IMG/VR virus record: IMGVR_UViG_3300032030_000005
Location: 224,001 to 288,000 of that record
DNA length: 64,000 nucleotides
Source: a virus
Lineage: Duplodnaviria; Caudoviricetes
Strand: one strand, 5' to 3'
A program made the position numbers and the translations under genes. Of this stretch, positions 39,614-51,306 are shown piece by piece. The notes beneath the pieces were generated by a model. The model had not been told where the DNA came from. It searched no databases and saw nothing but the letters and a program-made list of their open reading frames with translations. Within the stretch, counting starts at the first letter, position 1, and every line of letters starts with the position of its first letter.

Positions 39614-42600
39614 ATGGGTAAGATATATGTTAAAGGAAAAGCATATGGTGAAACCAACGAAGTTATAGAAGAATATATTGAATCTCTTGAACAACAAATA
39701 GAAGCCTTAGAAAAGAAAATTAGAGAAAATAATATTGAAGATATAACAACTGTATACTTTGACAGCGAAGATTTATTAAAGCTCAATTCTAAAGCAGATG
39801 GCGAAGCTTTCTGTAAAGTAGAAATTAAAGAAGGCGGTAAATCAACAAAATGTTTTGCTACATGTAAAGTTCAAGGTAATACTTCAGCCGGATTTCCTAA
39901 GAAAAATTATACAGTCAAATTCTATGAAGATGATACACTTAGTAAGAAATTTAAGATTGATATGGGCTGGGGTAAACAATCTAAATATTGCTTTAAAGCA
40001 AATTGGATTGATGCTACACATGTAAGAAATGTTTTAGGTGCTAAAATAATGGGAGAAGCTGCTAAAACAAGACCAGATAGTGATTTTAAGGAATTAATTA
40101 CATCTGCTCCTAATATGGGTCTTGTAGATGGTTTCCCAATTGTTGTAATGGTTAATGGCCAATTTCATGGTTTATATACATGGAATATTCCAAAGGATGC
40201 TTGGCTTTATAACTTAAATGAAAAGAATACTAATCATGTTTTATATTGTTCAGATTTCCATACAGATGTAACAGCATTTAAATCAATATGGAATACAACA
40301 ACTGACCCTGAATTAGATGACTGGGAATTAGAAGTTGGTACTGAATCTCAAACATTATATGATAATTATAATAGAATGGCTAGATTTATAATTCAGGCAA
40401 CAGATTCAGAATTTAGAGAAAATATTAATGATTATATTGATCTTTATAGTGTAATTGATTATTATTGTTTCTGTGCTTTATCTTTCCATCCAGACGGTAT
40501 TACTAAGAATATGATTCTTGTATCATACGATGGCGGTATACATTGGGGTCTTGGATTATATGATATGGATGCTACATTCTGTTTACATTGGAATGGTCAA
40601 TCATTCTATGATATAGATTCTTATGGTGTAGAATGGGATGAAACAAATAATAGACTTCTTGATAGAGTTAGAAATTGCTTCTCTGAAGAGTTATATGCTA
40701 GATATCTTGAACTTAGAGATACTTACTTAAGCTTAAGTTATATTAGTGAAGTTGCTGAGAAGATTAGTAATAAATTTACTGATAAATTAAAGAATCTTGA
40801 ATTTACTAAATGGCCAGGTATTCCACAACAATCCACTAATACAGTTGATAAATTTAAGGAAATTGTTTATCAGAGAGGTAAGATTGTAGATCAGAGAATG
40901 GCTAGAATTGAATGGGGAGAAATTAAAAATCCTGATGAACCATATAGTTTAAGTGATAATCCAATTCAATCTGGAGACGGATGGATAAAAGTTGATGAGG
41001 CTATTGCTTTAGATGGTGGTCCTTGTAATTTTGATGATGAATTTGCTTTTTATGGTGATGTATATGTAGACTGGGCTAAAACATATACAGATGATTCAAA
41101 CTGGAAATATACTAGAATAGCTGCAGCTACAAAAGATACATATAGATATCATGGAGATTTTTGGTATTTTAGTTCAAATAGCCTAACAGCTAAAGGTGAT
41201 GATTATAATGGCTATTTATTATATATGTCTAATTATATATTAGATGAAAAAAAGGATACAACTGATCCGATAAATACAAAATTTGTTATTTGTAAACGAA
41301 GAATATATGAAGATATAGAAGATCATTCAAATGATGAATTTGCAATTCAAATCTTTTTAGATGATGGTAATAGTTTAACACTTCCATGTGATAACCATCA
41401 AGATGAGCTTATCAGAGTTCCATCTATGCCATACGATAGTTCTGATCCTTCTGCTCCTTATTCACATACAAATGAATTTTTCTATAAAGCTGGATTCTGT
41501 CCTACTGTAGAAAATATTAGTAAATTATTGTATAGAGCAGATGCTAAGAAATCATTAGACCATATAACAATTAATGGCCTTAATATATCAAAATATAGTA
41601 ATTTAGCAGATAATGAATATCGATTAGGTAATCATGAAGATTTTAAAGAAAAGGATGGTTATAGGTATGTAGTACCTATCACAGCGCATCCATTTGAAGC
41701 TCAACCATCAGTAATTAATATAGAAAGATTACCATTACCATATTATGCTAGTGCTGCAGAAAAAGCAAATCCAGGTGCTACAGATGCAAATCATAATTCT
41801 ATAACATCATATAGTTTAGGTTATAATATTAATAGATATTATTTAACACTTAATTCTCCAGCTTCAACTAAACCATGGGGCAGAGATAGATATAAGATTT
41901 CTATTCCAGAACATAAATATACTAAAAATATTAATTTTTTCTTTACTAATACTGAATATACAAATAATACTCCTGTTTATTTAGGAGACTTAGCAAATGC
42001 TATTGATACTAATGTTCATTTATTTGATGAGGATAGAGATTTCTTTATCACTTTAACATATAACGCTAGAACATGGGAACATGGATCTGTATTATATCCA
42101 TCAGTATTACAATGTTTTGATAATCCAACACAAGAAAGAAGAGCTTTAAAAAGCCATATCAAAATATATGAAGTAGCTCCGACGACAGGTATAGATCAAA
42201 CATTATCAGGAGATATATTTAATGAATCATTACTATCACATATTAATAATGGCAATGAAATTAGAATCGTTTTAGTAAAAAGAGGTCATACATTATGTGC
42301 TTTTGCTAGAAATGCTACATTAGGCAGAATTGGTGGTTCATCTGGTAACTTTTTACCGGATAACTTTATTTATAATGCAAATGCTACATTATTAGTTGGT
42401 TATGGTGATAATAATCCTAATATGGATTTTAAAGAAATACGTGTTGGTTATGGTTCACTTACTAATGTAGACATCTTATCATATTTAGATTATCAACCAG
42501 AGACAGATCTTTATACAAATGGAGATTCATTACCATTCTTTGATGCTTTTGCAAAATTAGATACAAGTATGTACTTAGATGAAAAATATAGTGATGCTAA

Positions 42601-43192
42601 TCTTGCTACATCAAACATTAATACTAATTTAACAATAATGCCATCCAGTCTTTCAGATACTAGAAATTTTGCTATTTTCTCTGAATTTACTATGAATCAT
42701 GACAGTTATACACAATCAGCAGACTGGTATCCAGGAATTTTCTCATGCTATAATGCTAGAATAAATAACGATACTAGCGATTTAATATTCTTTGGTGTTT
42801 GTGATGCAGCAACAGGTAATATAAAAACTTTTGTACTTAATCACAATAATCATTTAAAAGATGAAAATGATAATTTATTAACAAGTACTCCATCAACATT
42901 ACTTAAATGTATAATATTTAAACGTGGTTGGAGATTAATTGCTATTATACGTAAAGATAATACATTATATTACACATATCAAGATTTAGATTCAGAAAAT
43001 TATGATCCTAATGATGGTGCTGTATCTCGTCCAACACTTCATGTCGGACATGGTACTGCAGTACATGCTGAAAACTATTATCATAGAGTTAGCGTACAAT
43101 ATGGCGATTTAGAAGATAGTACAATTCAAACATATTTCGGTTCTGATATTAAAATACCAGATGCTTTACAAGCTATCTTAGATGGTGAATAA
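39614..43192 (+). CDS. CotH kinase-domain protein, probably virion-associated
   Basis: KVQGNTSAGFPKKNY, KANWID, DGITKN, YDMD; late promoter. Confidence 0.8.
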   Translation: MGKIYVKGKAYGETNEVIEEYIESLEQQIEALEKKIRENNIEDITTVYFDSEDLLKLNSKADGEAFCKVEIKEGGKSTKCFATCKVQGNTSAGFPKKNYTVKFYEDDTLSKKFKIDMGWGKQSKYCFKANWIDATHVRNVLGAKIMGEAAKTRPDSDFKELITSAPNMGLVDGFPIVVMVNGQFHGLYTWNIPKDAWLYNLNEKNTNHVLYCSDFHTDVTAFKSIWNTTTDPELDDWELEVGTESQTLYDNYNRMARFIIQATDSEFRENINDYIDLYSVIDYYCFCALSFHPDGITKNMILVSYDGGIHWGLGLYDMDATFCLHWNGQSFYDIDSYGVEWDETNNRLLDRVRNCFSEELYARYLELRDTYLSLSYISEVAEKISNKFTDKLKNLEFTKWPGIPQQSTNTVDKFKEIVYQRGKIVDQRMARIEWGEIKNPDEPYSLSDNPIQSGDGWIKVDEAIALDGGPCNFDDEFAFYGDVYVDWAKTYTDDSNWKYTRIAAATKDTYRYHGDFWYFSSNSLTAKGDDYNGYLLYMSNYILDEKKDTTDPINTKFVICKRRIYEDIEDHSNDEFAIQIFLDDGNSLTLPCDNHQDELIRVPSMPYDSSDPSAPYSHTNEFFYKAGFCPTVENISKLLYRADAKKSLDHITINGLNISKYSNLADNEYRLGNHEDFKEKDGYRYVVPITAHPFEAQPSVINIERLPLPYYASAAEKANPGATDANHNSITSYSLGYNINRYYLTLNSPASTKPWGRDRYKISIPEHKYTKNINFFFTNTEYTNNTPVYLGDLANAIDTNVHLFDEDRDFFITLTYNARTWEHGSVLYPSVLQCFDNPTQERRALKSHIKIYEVAPTTGIDQTLSGDIFNESLLSHINNGNEIRIVLVKRGHTLCAFARNATLGRIGGSSGNFLPDNFIYNANATLLVGYGDNNPNMDFKEIRVGYGSLTNVDILSYLDYQPETDLYTNGDSLPFFDAFAKLDTSMYLDEKYSDANLATSNINTNLTIMPSSLSDTRNFAIFSEFTMNHDSYTQSADWYPGIFSCYNARINNDTSDLIFFGVCDAATGNIKTFVLNHNNHLKDENDNLLTSTPSTLLKCIIFKRGWRLIAIIRKDNTLYYTYQDLDSENYDPNDGAVSRPTLHVGHGTAVHAENYYHRVSVQYGDLEDSTIQTYFGSDIKIPDALQAILDGE

Positions 43193-43279
43193 TTTATTTA
43201 TATTCCCTTAAGACATTTAGCCTTAAGGGAATTTTATTAATAGCAACATCTATTTATAAGTTAATAATTTGTAAAGTAG

Positions 43280-43879
43280 GTGAAACTAGTGAGATATTCC
43301 AAAAGTAAATATTTTAATTTAATATATAATGAAGATGGAGAACCAACACAGCAAGGTATGGAAGCAGCCGGTGGTCCTGGAATGCAAGCAGATCCTAATC
43401 AAGTGATGATGGATCCAAACGCTATGCAAGCTCCTTCATTTTCTATGTTAGATATTGAAAAAGATGAAGACAGTAAGACAGATAAGAAATTTCCAGAAGA
43501 AAAAGATGGTATTTCTCCAGAACAAGATTTAACTAACTTTGTTAACTATCAAAGATTATTATATTATGATAAGTTCCAAGCAATATTAAAATTAATAGAA
43601 CAAACAAAAGTCACTTTTAATAATAATAAATATTATATAAATGCTGATAACGTTCCTGACGGGAAACAACATAAGATTATTAACTTACTTATATCTTCTT
43701 TAGAAGAAATTGAAGAACAGATAAATTTTTTTTTACAAAAAGGTATTGCTACAGTTAATATTGATAAGACAAGAGCTATATATAATGCTATTTATAAAAA
43801 ATTAGATATATGCGTTACTGCTTTTGAAGATACTGTTAAAAATGCATTTGTTGAAGATAAAAGTAAAAAGAAAAAGTAA
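43280..43879 (+). CDS. late hypothetical (putative virion) protein
   Basis: Late promoter 43245; IYNED site. Confidence 0.65.
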   Translation: MKLVRYSKSKYFNLIYNEDGEPTQQGMEAAGGPGMQADPNQVMMDPNAMQAPSFSMLDIEKDEDSKTDKKFPEEKDGISPEQDLTNFVNYQRLLYYDKFQAILKLIEQTKVTFNNNKYYINADNVPDGKQHKIINLLISSLEEIEEQINFFLQKGIATVNIDKTRAIYNAIYKKLDICVTAFEDTVKNAFVEDKSKKKK

Positions 43880-43902
43880 TTTTAGAAAGAAGGTAACTAT
43901 TT

Positions 43903-44670
43903 ATGAAACTTGTAAAGCTTTTAAGTAAGCCTTTAACTTCAGTAGCTGGTATCGTAGGTGTACCTAATGCTGAAGATGTTGTAGTTCCATCAAAGAAATC
44001 ACTTTTAGTTTCAGATGATCGTTTTACATTATTACAGCATAATCATGTAAAGACATATCTTATTAAAGATTTCTCAGAAGTAGCAGTTGTTAACCTCGGA
44101 GACTTTGATAAGAAGAAGACATATGTTATTGCTGATATTGTTAAGCCTTCAGAATTCTCAGGATTTGATCCTTCAGAATATGAAATTGGTGATCATATTT
44201 TTGTATATGCTGACGGTCCAGTACATCCGGGTGAACCACCTAAGATGAAGAAGCCTAAGCCGGGTTATGCTTTTACTCCACAAGAATATATTGACGCTCT
44301 TAACGAGTATAATACAGCTATGAAGGCTTATACTGAAGAACTTGAAGCTTATGAAGCTGCTGTTAAGGCATTCATTACTACAGGTGAAGCATCATATCAG
44401 GAATATGGTTGGCTCATCAGAATTGTAAGCGATACTCAGTATTATGTAATCGCAGACTTCTCATTTGAGACAACTAAGGATACTGCACAGTTTGGTGTTA
44501 TGGGTAAACTTCCGAAGGAAGTTGCAACTAAGGTTACACAGGCTCTCGGTGGTTTTGCAGCTGACGATTCTATTAAGGGTCTTACTGTTGCTGAAATCAT
44601 TGAAAAAGCTCTTGGTCTTGAAGTAGAAGAAGAGTTAGTCGGTGAATTCCTTCCAAAAGACGAACCATAA
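43903..44670 (+). CDS. putative virion protein, paralog of the N-terminal domain of the next gene
   Basis: Shared MKL.KLL, FDPS.Y, TTKD..QFG..GK.P. Confidence 0.7.
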   Translation: MKLVKLLSKPLTSVAGIVGVPNAEDVVVPSKKSLLVSDDRFTLLQHNHVKTYLIKDFSEVAVVNLGDFDKKKTYVIADIVKPSEFSGFDPSEYEIGDHIFVYADGPVHPGEPPKMKKPKPGYAFTPQEYIDALNEYNTAMKAYTEELEAYEAAVKAFITTGEASYQEYGWLIRIVSDTQYYVIADFSFETTKDTAQFGVMGKLPKEVATKVTQALGGFAADDSIKGLTVAEIIEKALGLEVEEELVGEFLPKDEP

Positions 44671-44749
44671 TGATTAATTGATTCCCGATAATGATTATTC
44701 ATTATCGGGAATTATTAAAATAAAAAATTTAAGAAAGGAATGTTTATTT

Positions 44750-47700
44750 ATGAAATTAATTAAACTTTTATATAAGTTTGATACTCCTTTAAAGGAAGAT
44801 GTCAAGGCATTTTTCCCAAGAGATCTTGAAGAAACTCTTAAAGCTAACTATATATTAGTTTCTGATGCTAAATTCAGACTCTTAGAATTCGCTAAGGTTG
44901 GTATGTATGTTTATCATACATTCTCAGAAACTGAAGCTGATGATATGGAAGCACTCTTTGGTTTAAGAGAAGATTACATTATTATTAAGAATGTAGTTGA
45001 TCCTGCAGAATTTGATATTGATACTTTTGATCCATCAACATATAATCTTAATGACTATATCTTCTTCTATAAGGAAGCGCCAGTAGCTCCTGAAAAGCCA
45101 GTAGCTCCTAAATTCCATTCAGGTACATTCAATTATGAACTTACAGAAACAGAAAAGAAGATTCTTTGGGATGCTTATTTAGCAAAGGAAGAAGAATATA
45201 AGGCTCTTTATGAAGCATATGAAGAAGAATATGCTACATTTAAGGAAGAAGAATTAGATCTTCCTATCTATGGTTGTCTTGGAATTATTACTAGAAAAGA
45301 AAATGATATTCCGGGAACAATCTTAAAGTACTATGATGATAAGAAGCTTCTCATCCTCTTAGATGCTTCATTTAAGACAACAAAGGATGTAGAACAGTTT
45401 GGCATCTATGGTAAGATTCCGAATGGTAGACCAACATTAGTATCTGCTGATATTGGTGGTCTTAAGGCTGGTACATCATTAAGAACATGGAACTACAAGG
45501 AAATCCTTGAAACAGTATTTGGTCTTGAACCTGAAAAGGAAAAGGTTGGTACAATTCAGCCTGAAGCTGAGTCAGATAAGGTTTCTGCTACTGTTTCTTA
45601 TGGTGAAGGTAAGACAGCTATCGGTTCTCTTACAGATACAGCTACTATTACAGCTACACTTAAGCTTTCAGAACAGTCAGAAGCTACTACAGTTAAGCTT
45701 ATGAATGGTACTGAAGTTGTTGATACAACTGCTGTAGCAGATACTGTAACATTTAGTGTAACAGGTCTTTCATCTACTACAATATATAAGATTGTAGCAG
45801 TTCATACAGATTCAGAATCTGGTGAAGAAGTTATTGATGCTCAGACATCAGTATCAGTTGTTGTTAACTTTGTTGCTCCTACTGTAACAGGTCTCACTGC
45901 AACTCCTACATCTGTTGATAATACTTCTACACCTGTAACATTTGCTGTAACAGTTAAAGAAGGTTCTTCTGCAATTACATCTGTTAAGCTTTATAAGTCT
46001 GATAATACTGAAGTAATGGCTATGGCTCTTACTGATGAAGAAACATATGGCTGTGTAGTTAACTCTATTACTTCTACTTCAGGTTATTATGCAAAGGCTG
46101 TAGATGCTAATAACAAGGAAGTTAAGTCTAATACAGTTAATGTAACTCTTAATATAGTTGCTCCTACTGTAACACTCTCTGCTGATAAGACTACTGTAAC
46201 ATCTAAGTCTGAAGCAATTGTATTTACTGCTATTGTAACTGCTTCTAAAGCTATTACATCCGTTAAGCTTTATAAAGAAGATGGTACTGAAGTAGGTACA
46301 ATGACTCTTGATGGTGCTAACTATACTTATACTGTAAATGGTATTACTGAATCTACTGGATTCTTTGCAAAGGCTACTGATGAAGATTCTATTGAGGGTA
46401 ATTCTGCAGTTAAGAATATTACATTAAATATTTCTGAACCTACTATTACTCTTACAACTGATAAGAACTCTGTAACATCTTCTACTGATTCTGTAGTATT
46501 TACTGCTACTGTAACTGCAGGTTCTGGTTCTATTACTAAGGTAGAACTTTATAAGAGTGATGATACTAAGGTAGCTGATATGGTTCTCGATGGTTCTAAT
46601 TATGTATACACTGTAACTGGTCTTTCTGAAAATACTACATTCTATGCAAAGGCTACTAACTCTGAAGATCTCTTCAAGAAGTCTGCAAACAAGGCTATTA
46701 CTGTAAATATTACTGCTCCTACTGTAACTCTTGCTACAGCTCCAACATCTGTTGGTAATACTACAACTCCAGTAACATTTACTGCTACTGTAACTAATAC
46801 TTCTGGTACAATTACTTCTGTAGAGCTTTATAAGAGTGATGATACTAAGGTTGGAGATATGACTCTTGATGGTTCTACTTATACTTACACTCTTAATACT
46901 CTCACTGAGACTACTGCATTCTATGCAAAGGCTACTAATAGTGAGACAAGAAGTGGTGTATCCGCTAACAAGACCGTAACTCTTACTATGGCTGGTCCTA
47001 ATGCAACTCTTACAGCAAATCCTGCATCTCTAACAACTGTTGGTAAAGTAACTCTTACAGCAAATGTAACTGCAGGTTCATCTGCTATCACTCAAGTAGA
47101 ACTCTTTGATAATAGTACTGCTACTGGAACAGCAATTGAAACTGAGACATCTGGATTTGATGATCTTTCATGGGAGATTCAGGGTGTTGATGAAACCTGT
47201 GCATATTCTATTAAGGTAACTGATGCTAATGGTTTAACTAAGACTGCATCTGCTAATATTACATTTACTGTACAGAATCCAGTAATTACTATGACTGCAT
47301 CTCCTACAACTATTACAACTAAGAAGGATAATGTAACTCTTACAATTACTGCTACTAAGAAGTCCTTTGATCTTACTAAGATTGAACTCTTTGAGGGTGC
47401 AACTGCAACTGGAACAGCTCTTGAAACTTGGACAACTGATCTAACAACTGCTAAGACTAAGACAATTGCAGATGTAAATACTAATAAGACTTATACTGTT
47501 AAGGTAACTGATTCTAAGGGTAATACTGGAACAGCTTCTGCTTCTGTAACTTATAACTATGTACATCCTGCTATTACTGTAACTAGTGTAACACCTTCTT
47601 CTACAGATAGTCCTATAACACCTTCTTCTGTAGTTACTGTTGCAGTTGCATGTACAGCTCAGACAGGCGCAACTGGTTCTACTGTAAAACTTTATAGAAA

Positions 47701-48289
47701 TAGTGTTGCTACCGCTAACCTTATTGAATCTAAAGAATATGCTGCAAGTACTTCATTTAGTGTAAGTGGCGGTCATACAAATGGTGATAAGTTCGTTGCT
47801 GTAGTTGAATACACTGCAGATGGTGATTCTTATACAGCTCAGAAGACTTCTGCTGCTATTACTGTAGAAATTCCACCAACACAGGTTTATTATGGTAACT
47901 GTCTCTGGACTCCAACGCTTAAAGCATTATTTGTAGCTAGTGACGGTAATAGAGATACATTACCATCTGACTGGACCGATGCTGTTGCTAAAGAATTTAT
48001 GACAACTACTGTTTCACAAGTTCATTTAGCTAAATTTGCTGCTGTTGCTGGTGAATATGATAGTAATACAAATGCTGAACGTATGACTGAAATGGATAAT
48101 GATACTCCAATGCAAGCAGCTTATATAGTTCCATCAACATTCACAGTTCATTTTACTCAGAATGGTGCTAATGTAGATAGCTCAATGGTAACTCAGAGTG
48201 TTACAGTTGATGGTGTAAATTATACTGTTTATATGTGGAACGGTGTTTCATGGGATAATGTTGAACAGTGTAAGATATACTTATCATAA
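44750..48289 (+). CDS. virion protein with about eight Ig-like (~93 aa) repeats
   Basis: Repeated PTVTL...V.FTA.V...IT.V.LY...FYAKAT. Confidence 0.8.
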   Translation: MKLIKLLYKFDTPLKEDVKAFFPRDLEETLKANYILVSDAKFRLLEFAKVGMYVYHTFSETEADDMEALFGLREDYIIIKNVVDPAEFDIDTFDPSTYNLNDYIFFYKEAPVAPEKPVAPKFHSGTFNYELTETEKKILWDAYLAKEEEYKALYEAYEEEYATFKEEELDLPIYGCLGIITRKENDIPGTILKYYDDKKLLILLDASFKTTKDVEQFGIYGKIPNGRPTLVSADIGGLKAGTSLRTWNYKEILETVFGLEPEKEKVGTIQPEAESDKVSATVSYGEGKTAIGSLTDTATITATLKLSEQSEATTVKLMNGTEVVDTTAVADTVTFSVTGLSSTTIYKIVAVHTDSESGEEVIDAQTSVSVVVNFVAPTVTGLTATPTSVDNTSTPVTFAVTVKEGSSAITSVKLYKSDNTEVMAMALTDEETYGCVVNSITSTSGYYAKAVDANNKEVKSNTVNVTLNIVAPTVTLSADKTTVTSKSEAIVFTAIVTASKAITSVKLYKEDGTEVGTMTLDGANYTYTVNGITESTGFFAKATDEDSIEGNSAVKNITLNISEPTITLTTDKNSVTSSTDSVVFTATVTAGSGSITKVELYKSDDTKVADMVLDGSNYVYTVTGLSENTTFYAKATNSEDLFKKSANKAITVNITAPTVTLATAPTSVGNTTTPVTFTATVTNTSGTITSVELYKSDDTKVGDMTLDGSTYTYTLNTLTETTAFYAKATNSETRSGVSANKTVTLTMAGPNATLTANPASLTTVGKVTLTANVTAGSSAITQVELFDNSTATGTAIETETSGFDDLSWEIQGVDETCAYSIKVTDANGLTKTASANITFTVQNPVITMTASPTTITTKKDNVTLTITATKKSFDLTKIELFEGATATGTALETWTTDLTTAKTKTIADVNTNKTYTVKVTDSKGNTGTASASVTYNYVHPAITVTSVTPSSTDSPITPSSVVTVAVACTAQTGATGSTVKLYRNSVATANLIESKEYAASTSFSVSGGHTNGDKFVAVVEYTADGDSYTAQKTSAAITVEIPPTQVYYGNCLWTPTLKALFVASDGNRDTLPSDWTDAVAKEFMTTTVSQVHLAKFAAVAGEYDSNTNAERMTEMDNDTPMQAAYIVPSTFTVHFTQNGANVDSSMVTQSVTVDGVNYTVYMWNGVSWDNVEQCKIYLS

Positions 48290-48313
48290 GCTGTTTAGAA
48301 AGGATTGGTATAT

Positions 48314-49210
48314 ATGGCTATTAAATGGAGTGACAATATGTCATATGAAGGAAAAGGAAATAACTTTGAAAGAGATTATTTTGAAGTCCTTCAAAATGTA
48401 TTAGACCCTGATACTGGGGAGATTATTAAAAAAGGTTTAGTAAATGTTTCTGATAGAAAGATGCCAGAAATGTTTATTGCAATGTGTGGAGAAACACAAA
48501 AGATTTATCTTTATAATAAATCAAACGATGTTGATCCAGTTTTAGGAAAGTGGAGAGAAGTAGGTTCTGCAGAATTAGGCGGTATTCTTAACTTCAATAC
48601 TATTGCTGTAATGGCTTTATTTACTCCTAAGTCAAAAGCAGCTTTAGCATATTGTGCTGAAGATGAAAAGACTTATTTATATCTTGTATCAAATGAATCA
48701 GATCCTACTACTGGTAAATGGAGAGTTTTCGTTACTGGTTCAGTAAATAAAGAAATGGTAAGATGTATTGCTGTTGATACAATTGACCCTTCAAGTCCAC
48801 CAACTGGTTATGATAATGGAAATTACTTATATGATTGTACTAATGATAAAGTATATCTTTATAATGTAACATGGATTGAAGATACTCCAGCAGCTGGTCA
48901 TGATGAATATTCTTTTGAAGAAGTTACAGATGTTCCTTCAGGTACAACTCCAACAGAAGTAGAAGACATTACTCAAATATCTGCAACAGAATCAACTGTT
49001 GGTGTATACTATCATGATACAACTACTGATAAGTATTATATTGGTATTAAAACATGGGTTGAAGATACCCCAGCAACTGGTCATGATGAATATTCAGTAA
49101 CAGATGTTACAGATAACGTAACAATGTTTGAATGTACTATTACCGAATCTTTATATGAAAGTTTAGATAATGCAGTACAAATGAGAGATGTTACATGGTA
49201 CGTTGACTAA
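48314..49210 (+). CDS. putative fibre/adaptor protein
   Basis: Internal repeats D..GKWR and TW.EDTPA.GHDEYS. Confidence 0.6.
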   Translation: MAIKWSDNMSYEGKGNNFERDYFEVLQNVLDPDTGEIIKKGLVNVSDRKMPEMFIAMCGETQKIYLYNKSNDVDPVLGKWREVGSAELGGILNFNTIAVMALFTPKSKAALAYCAEDEKTYLYLVSNESDPTTGKWRVFVTGSVNKEMVRCIAVDTIDPSSPPTGYDNGNYLYDCTNDKVYLYNVTWIEDTPAAGHDEYSFEEVTDVPSGTTPTEVEDITQISATESTVGVYYHDTTTDKYYIGIKTWVEDTPATGHDEYSVTDVTDNVTMFECTITESLYESLDNAVQMRDVTWYVD

Positions 49211-49218
49211 TTAAATAT

Positions 49219-49248
49219 ATCCCTTAAGGCTATATAGCCTTAAGGGAT
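49219..49248. repeat. perfect 30-bp palindrome / terminator
   Basis: ATCCCTTAAGGCTATATAGCCTTAAGGGAT. Confidence 0.85.
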
Positions 49249-49304
49249 TTTTATAAAAAACAGCATATTATTATGTAATATATATAGAAAGGAAAATGAT
49301 ATTT

Positions 49305-51284
49305 ATGGGTAAAATTATATATAAAGGTAATGAATATGCAACAACTAGTATATCTGCAAAGCATATAACTGTTGTAGCTATTAATGTTTTTCAAATAGAT
49401 AAAACTCCTCATGATTATTATGATAATCACAGATCAAAATGGAAAAATGTTTGTGAATATGGTATGGTTGTAAGTAATGTATCTGATGGTTCTTATACTA
49501 AAAATGTTCCAGATTTTTTAACAGATGGTGATATTTTTAAAATATATTATGATGCTAGCGGTTCGTCACCTCATTACCGTTATAAAAAATTAAATAGAGA
49601 AGATTATATTATTGATAATATTCTTTTTTTATATAATCAAGATACAGAATCATTACAAGGAAATGGAAACGATCAAAGTTTATATACTTGGTATACTAGT
49701 AAATCTTATTATGATAAAAATATTCCATGTACTGTTATAAATATTAGATATAATAATAATTCATCACAACCAGATATAGCTCAACCAGGTATTTATTTAA
49801 ATAATAAAATAATAACCGATCAAATTGATATGGGAAACTTTGGTTTTAATAAAAGAACTAAAGTAGTTTTTACTGATCCATTAGACGGTGATTGTAATTT
49901 CTATCAGTATAATGGATTAGTATTTGAAAAAATATTTAGACGATCAAATTATAATGATTCTTTTGAACGTTTTGACTCTAAATTTAGAAATAATGCACCT
50001 CCACCAATTTCAGATAATCTTAATGTTGGTGAAATTTTATTTATAAAAGATGATTCATATAGTGATAATGATACGGATATTTCTTTAGATTTATCATTTA
50101 AACCTAATGATGTATATAGTGTAATAAATGAATACCATCAACTATCAACAGAAGAAGAAAGACGAAATTCTTATGAAAATGTTATAGAATCTATTGAAAA
50201 TACTATTCTCAAAATTGATGGAAAGAAAATATTTAAGTTAGCATCATATTATTATAGCCCTAGTGCATATTCTACAGCATACAATTTTACATTTATACTA
50301 AAAGATGGATTATCTAATAATACATTAAATGCAATATCTGATTCAGGATATAGATCTTATAATACAAATATTGAAAAAATTGCTTTTTTTAAATTAAATA
50401 TTGAACACCATAGTCTTAAATCAGATTCTGTTAAAATTAATATATTTAGAAAAGTGCCTATTACTAATGATACTAAATTAGTACCACATAAAAAAAGTAA
50501 ATATGATATAGGTTCTATTTATCAAACTGTGTCATCTGAAACTCAGATAAATATTTTTGCAGATTATGATACACCAGCTGTAGATATTACAGATTCAAGT
50601 AATCCAGTTATTGCAGATCTACATTTTACAATAAATAACACTAAATTAAAACCATATAAAATAAGATCTGAATTTGTAAACTTTGATTTCAATATAGATC
50701 CTCCAGTAGATGTAGCTCAAGAAGATAATATGAGTCCTATAACATCTAATGCTGTATATGAAGCATTACAAACAGGTTCGGCTGATACATTTATTGGTAC
50801 ACATGATGAATGGAATCAGAAAACTACTGAAGAAAAGAAAGCATATACTATTGTAAACTTTACAGATGATTATTATAGTGTGGATTCTCAAATAGAAGTT
50901 AAAATAATTTATAGTAGTTCAACAGATTTAATATCTCATGATGCTGCAACATCTATTACAGCATCTGCTAATAATAGTCATGTTAGATTAGCCAAAATCA
51001 ATAATTATCATTATAAACTTATATTTGAAGCTTTTAACTTTATAGGACGTGGTGATGGTGGATATGTAATATTATTCACTATGTCTAAATCGTTAATTAG
51101 TAATAAAAAAATTGCATTTACATGTGAATCAGTAATGTCTGATACGGGTTCTGATAAATTCTTCTCTATATATGCAACTACTAATAATGATAATAATGTT
51201 ACCATAGAATTAAGATCTCCTTCTATAGAAAATAATACTACTTATAATCTTTGTGGAAATCTTGATTTATATCTTAAAGACTAA
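49305..51284 (+). CDS. putative tail fibre/receptor-binding protein
   Basis: MGKIIYKG N-terminus; PITSNAVY; FIGTHDEW motif. Confidence 0.6.
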   Translation: MGKIIYKGNEYATTSISAKHITVVAINVFQIDKTPHDYYDNHRSKWKNVCEYGMVVSNVSDGSYTKNVPDFLTDGDIFKIYYDASGSSPHYRYKKLNREDYIIDNILFLYNQDTESLQGNGNDQSLYTWYTSKSYYDKNIPCTVINIRYNNNSSQPDIAQPGIYLNNKIITDQIDMGNFGFNKRTKVVFTDPLDGDCNFYQYNGLVFEKIFRRSNYNDSFERFDSKFRNNAPPPISDNLNVGEILFIKDDSYSDNDTDISLDLSFKPNDVYSVINEYHQLSTEEERRNSYENVIESIENTILKIDGKKIFKLASYYYSPSAYSTAYNFTFILKDGLSNNTLNAISDSGYRSYNTNIEKIAFFKLNIEHHSLKSDSVKINIFRKVPITNDTKLVPHKKSKYDIGSIYQTVSSETQINIFADYDTPAVDITDSSNPVIADLHFTINNTKLKPYKIRSEFVNFDFNIDPPVDVAQEDNMSPITSNAVYEALQTGSADTFIGTHDEWNQKTTEEKKAYTIVNFTDDYYSVDSQIEVKIIYSSSTDLISHDAATSITASANNSHVRLAKINNYHYKLIFEAFNFIGRGDGGYVILFTMSKSLISNKKIAFTCESVMSDTGSDKFFSIYATTNNDNNVTIELRSPSIENNTTYNLCGNLDLYLKD

Positions 51285-51306
51285 TTAAGAAAGGAGAAAT
51301 AATTAT

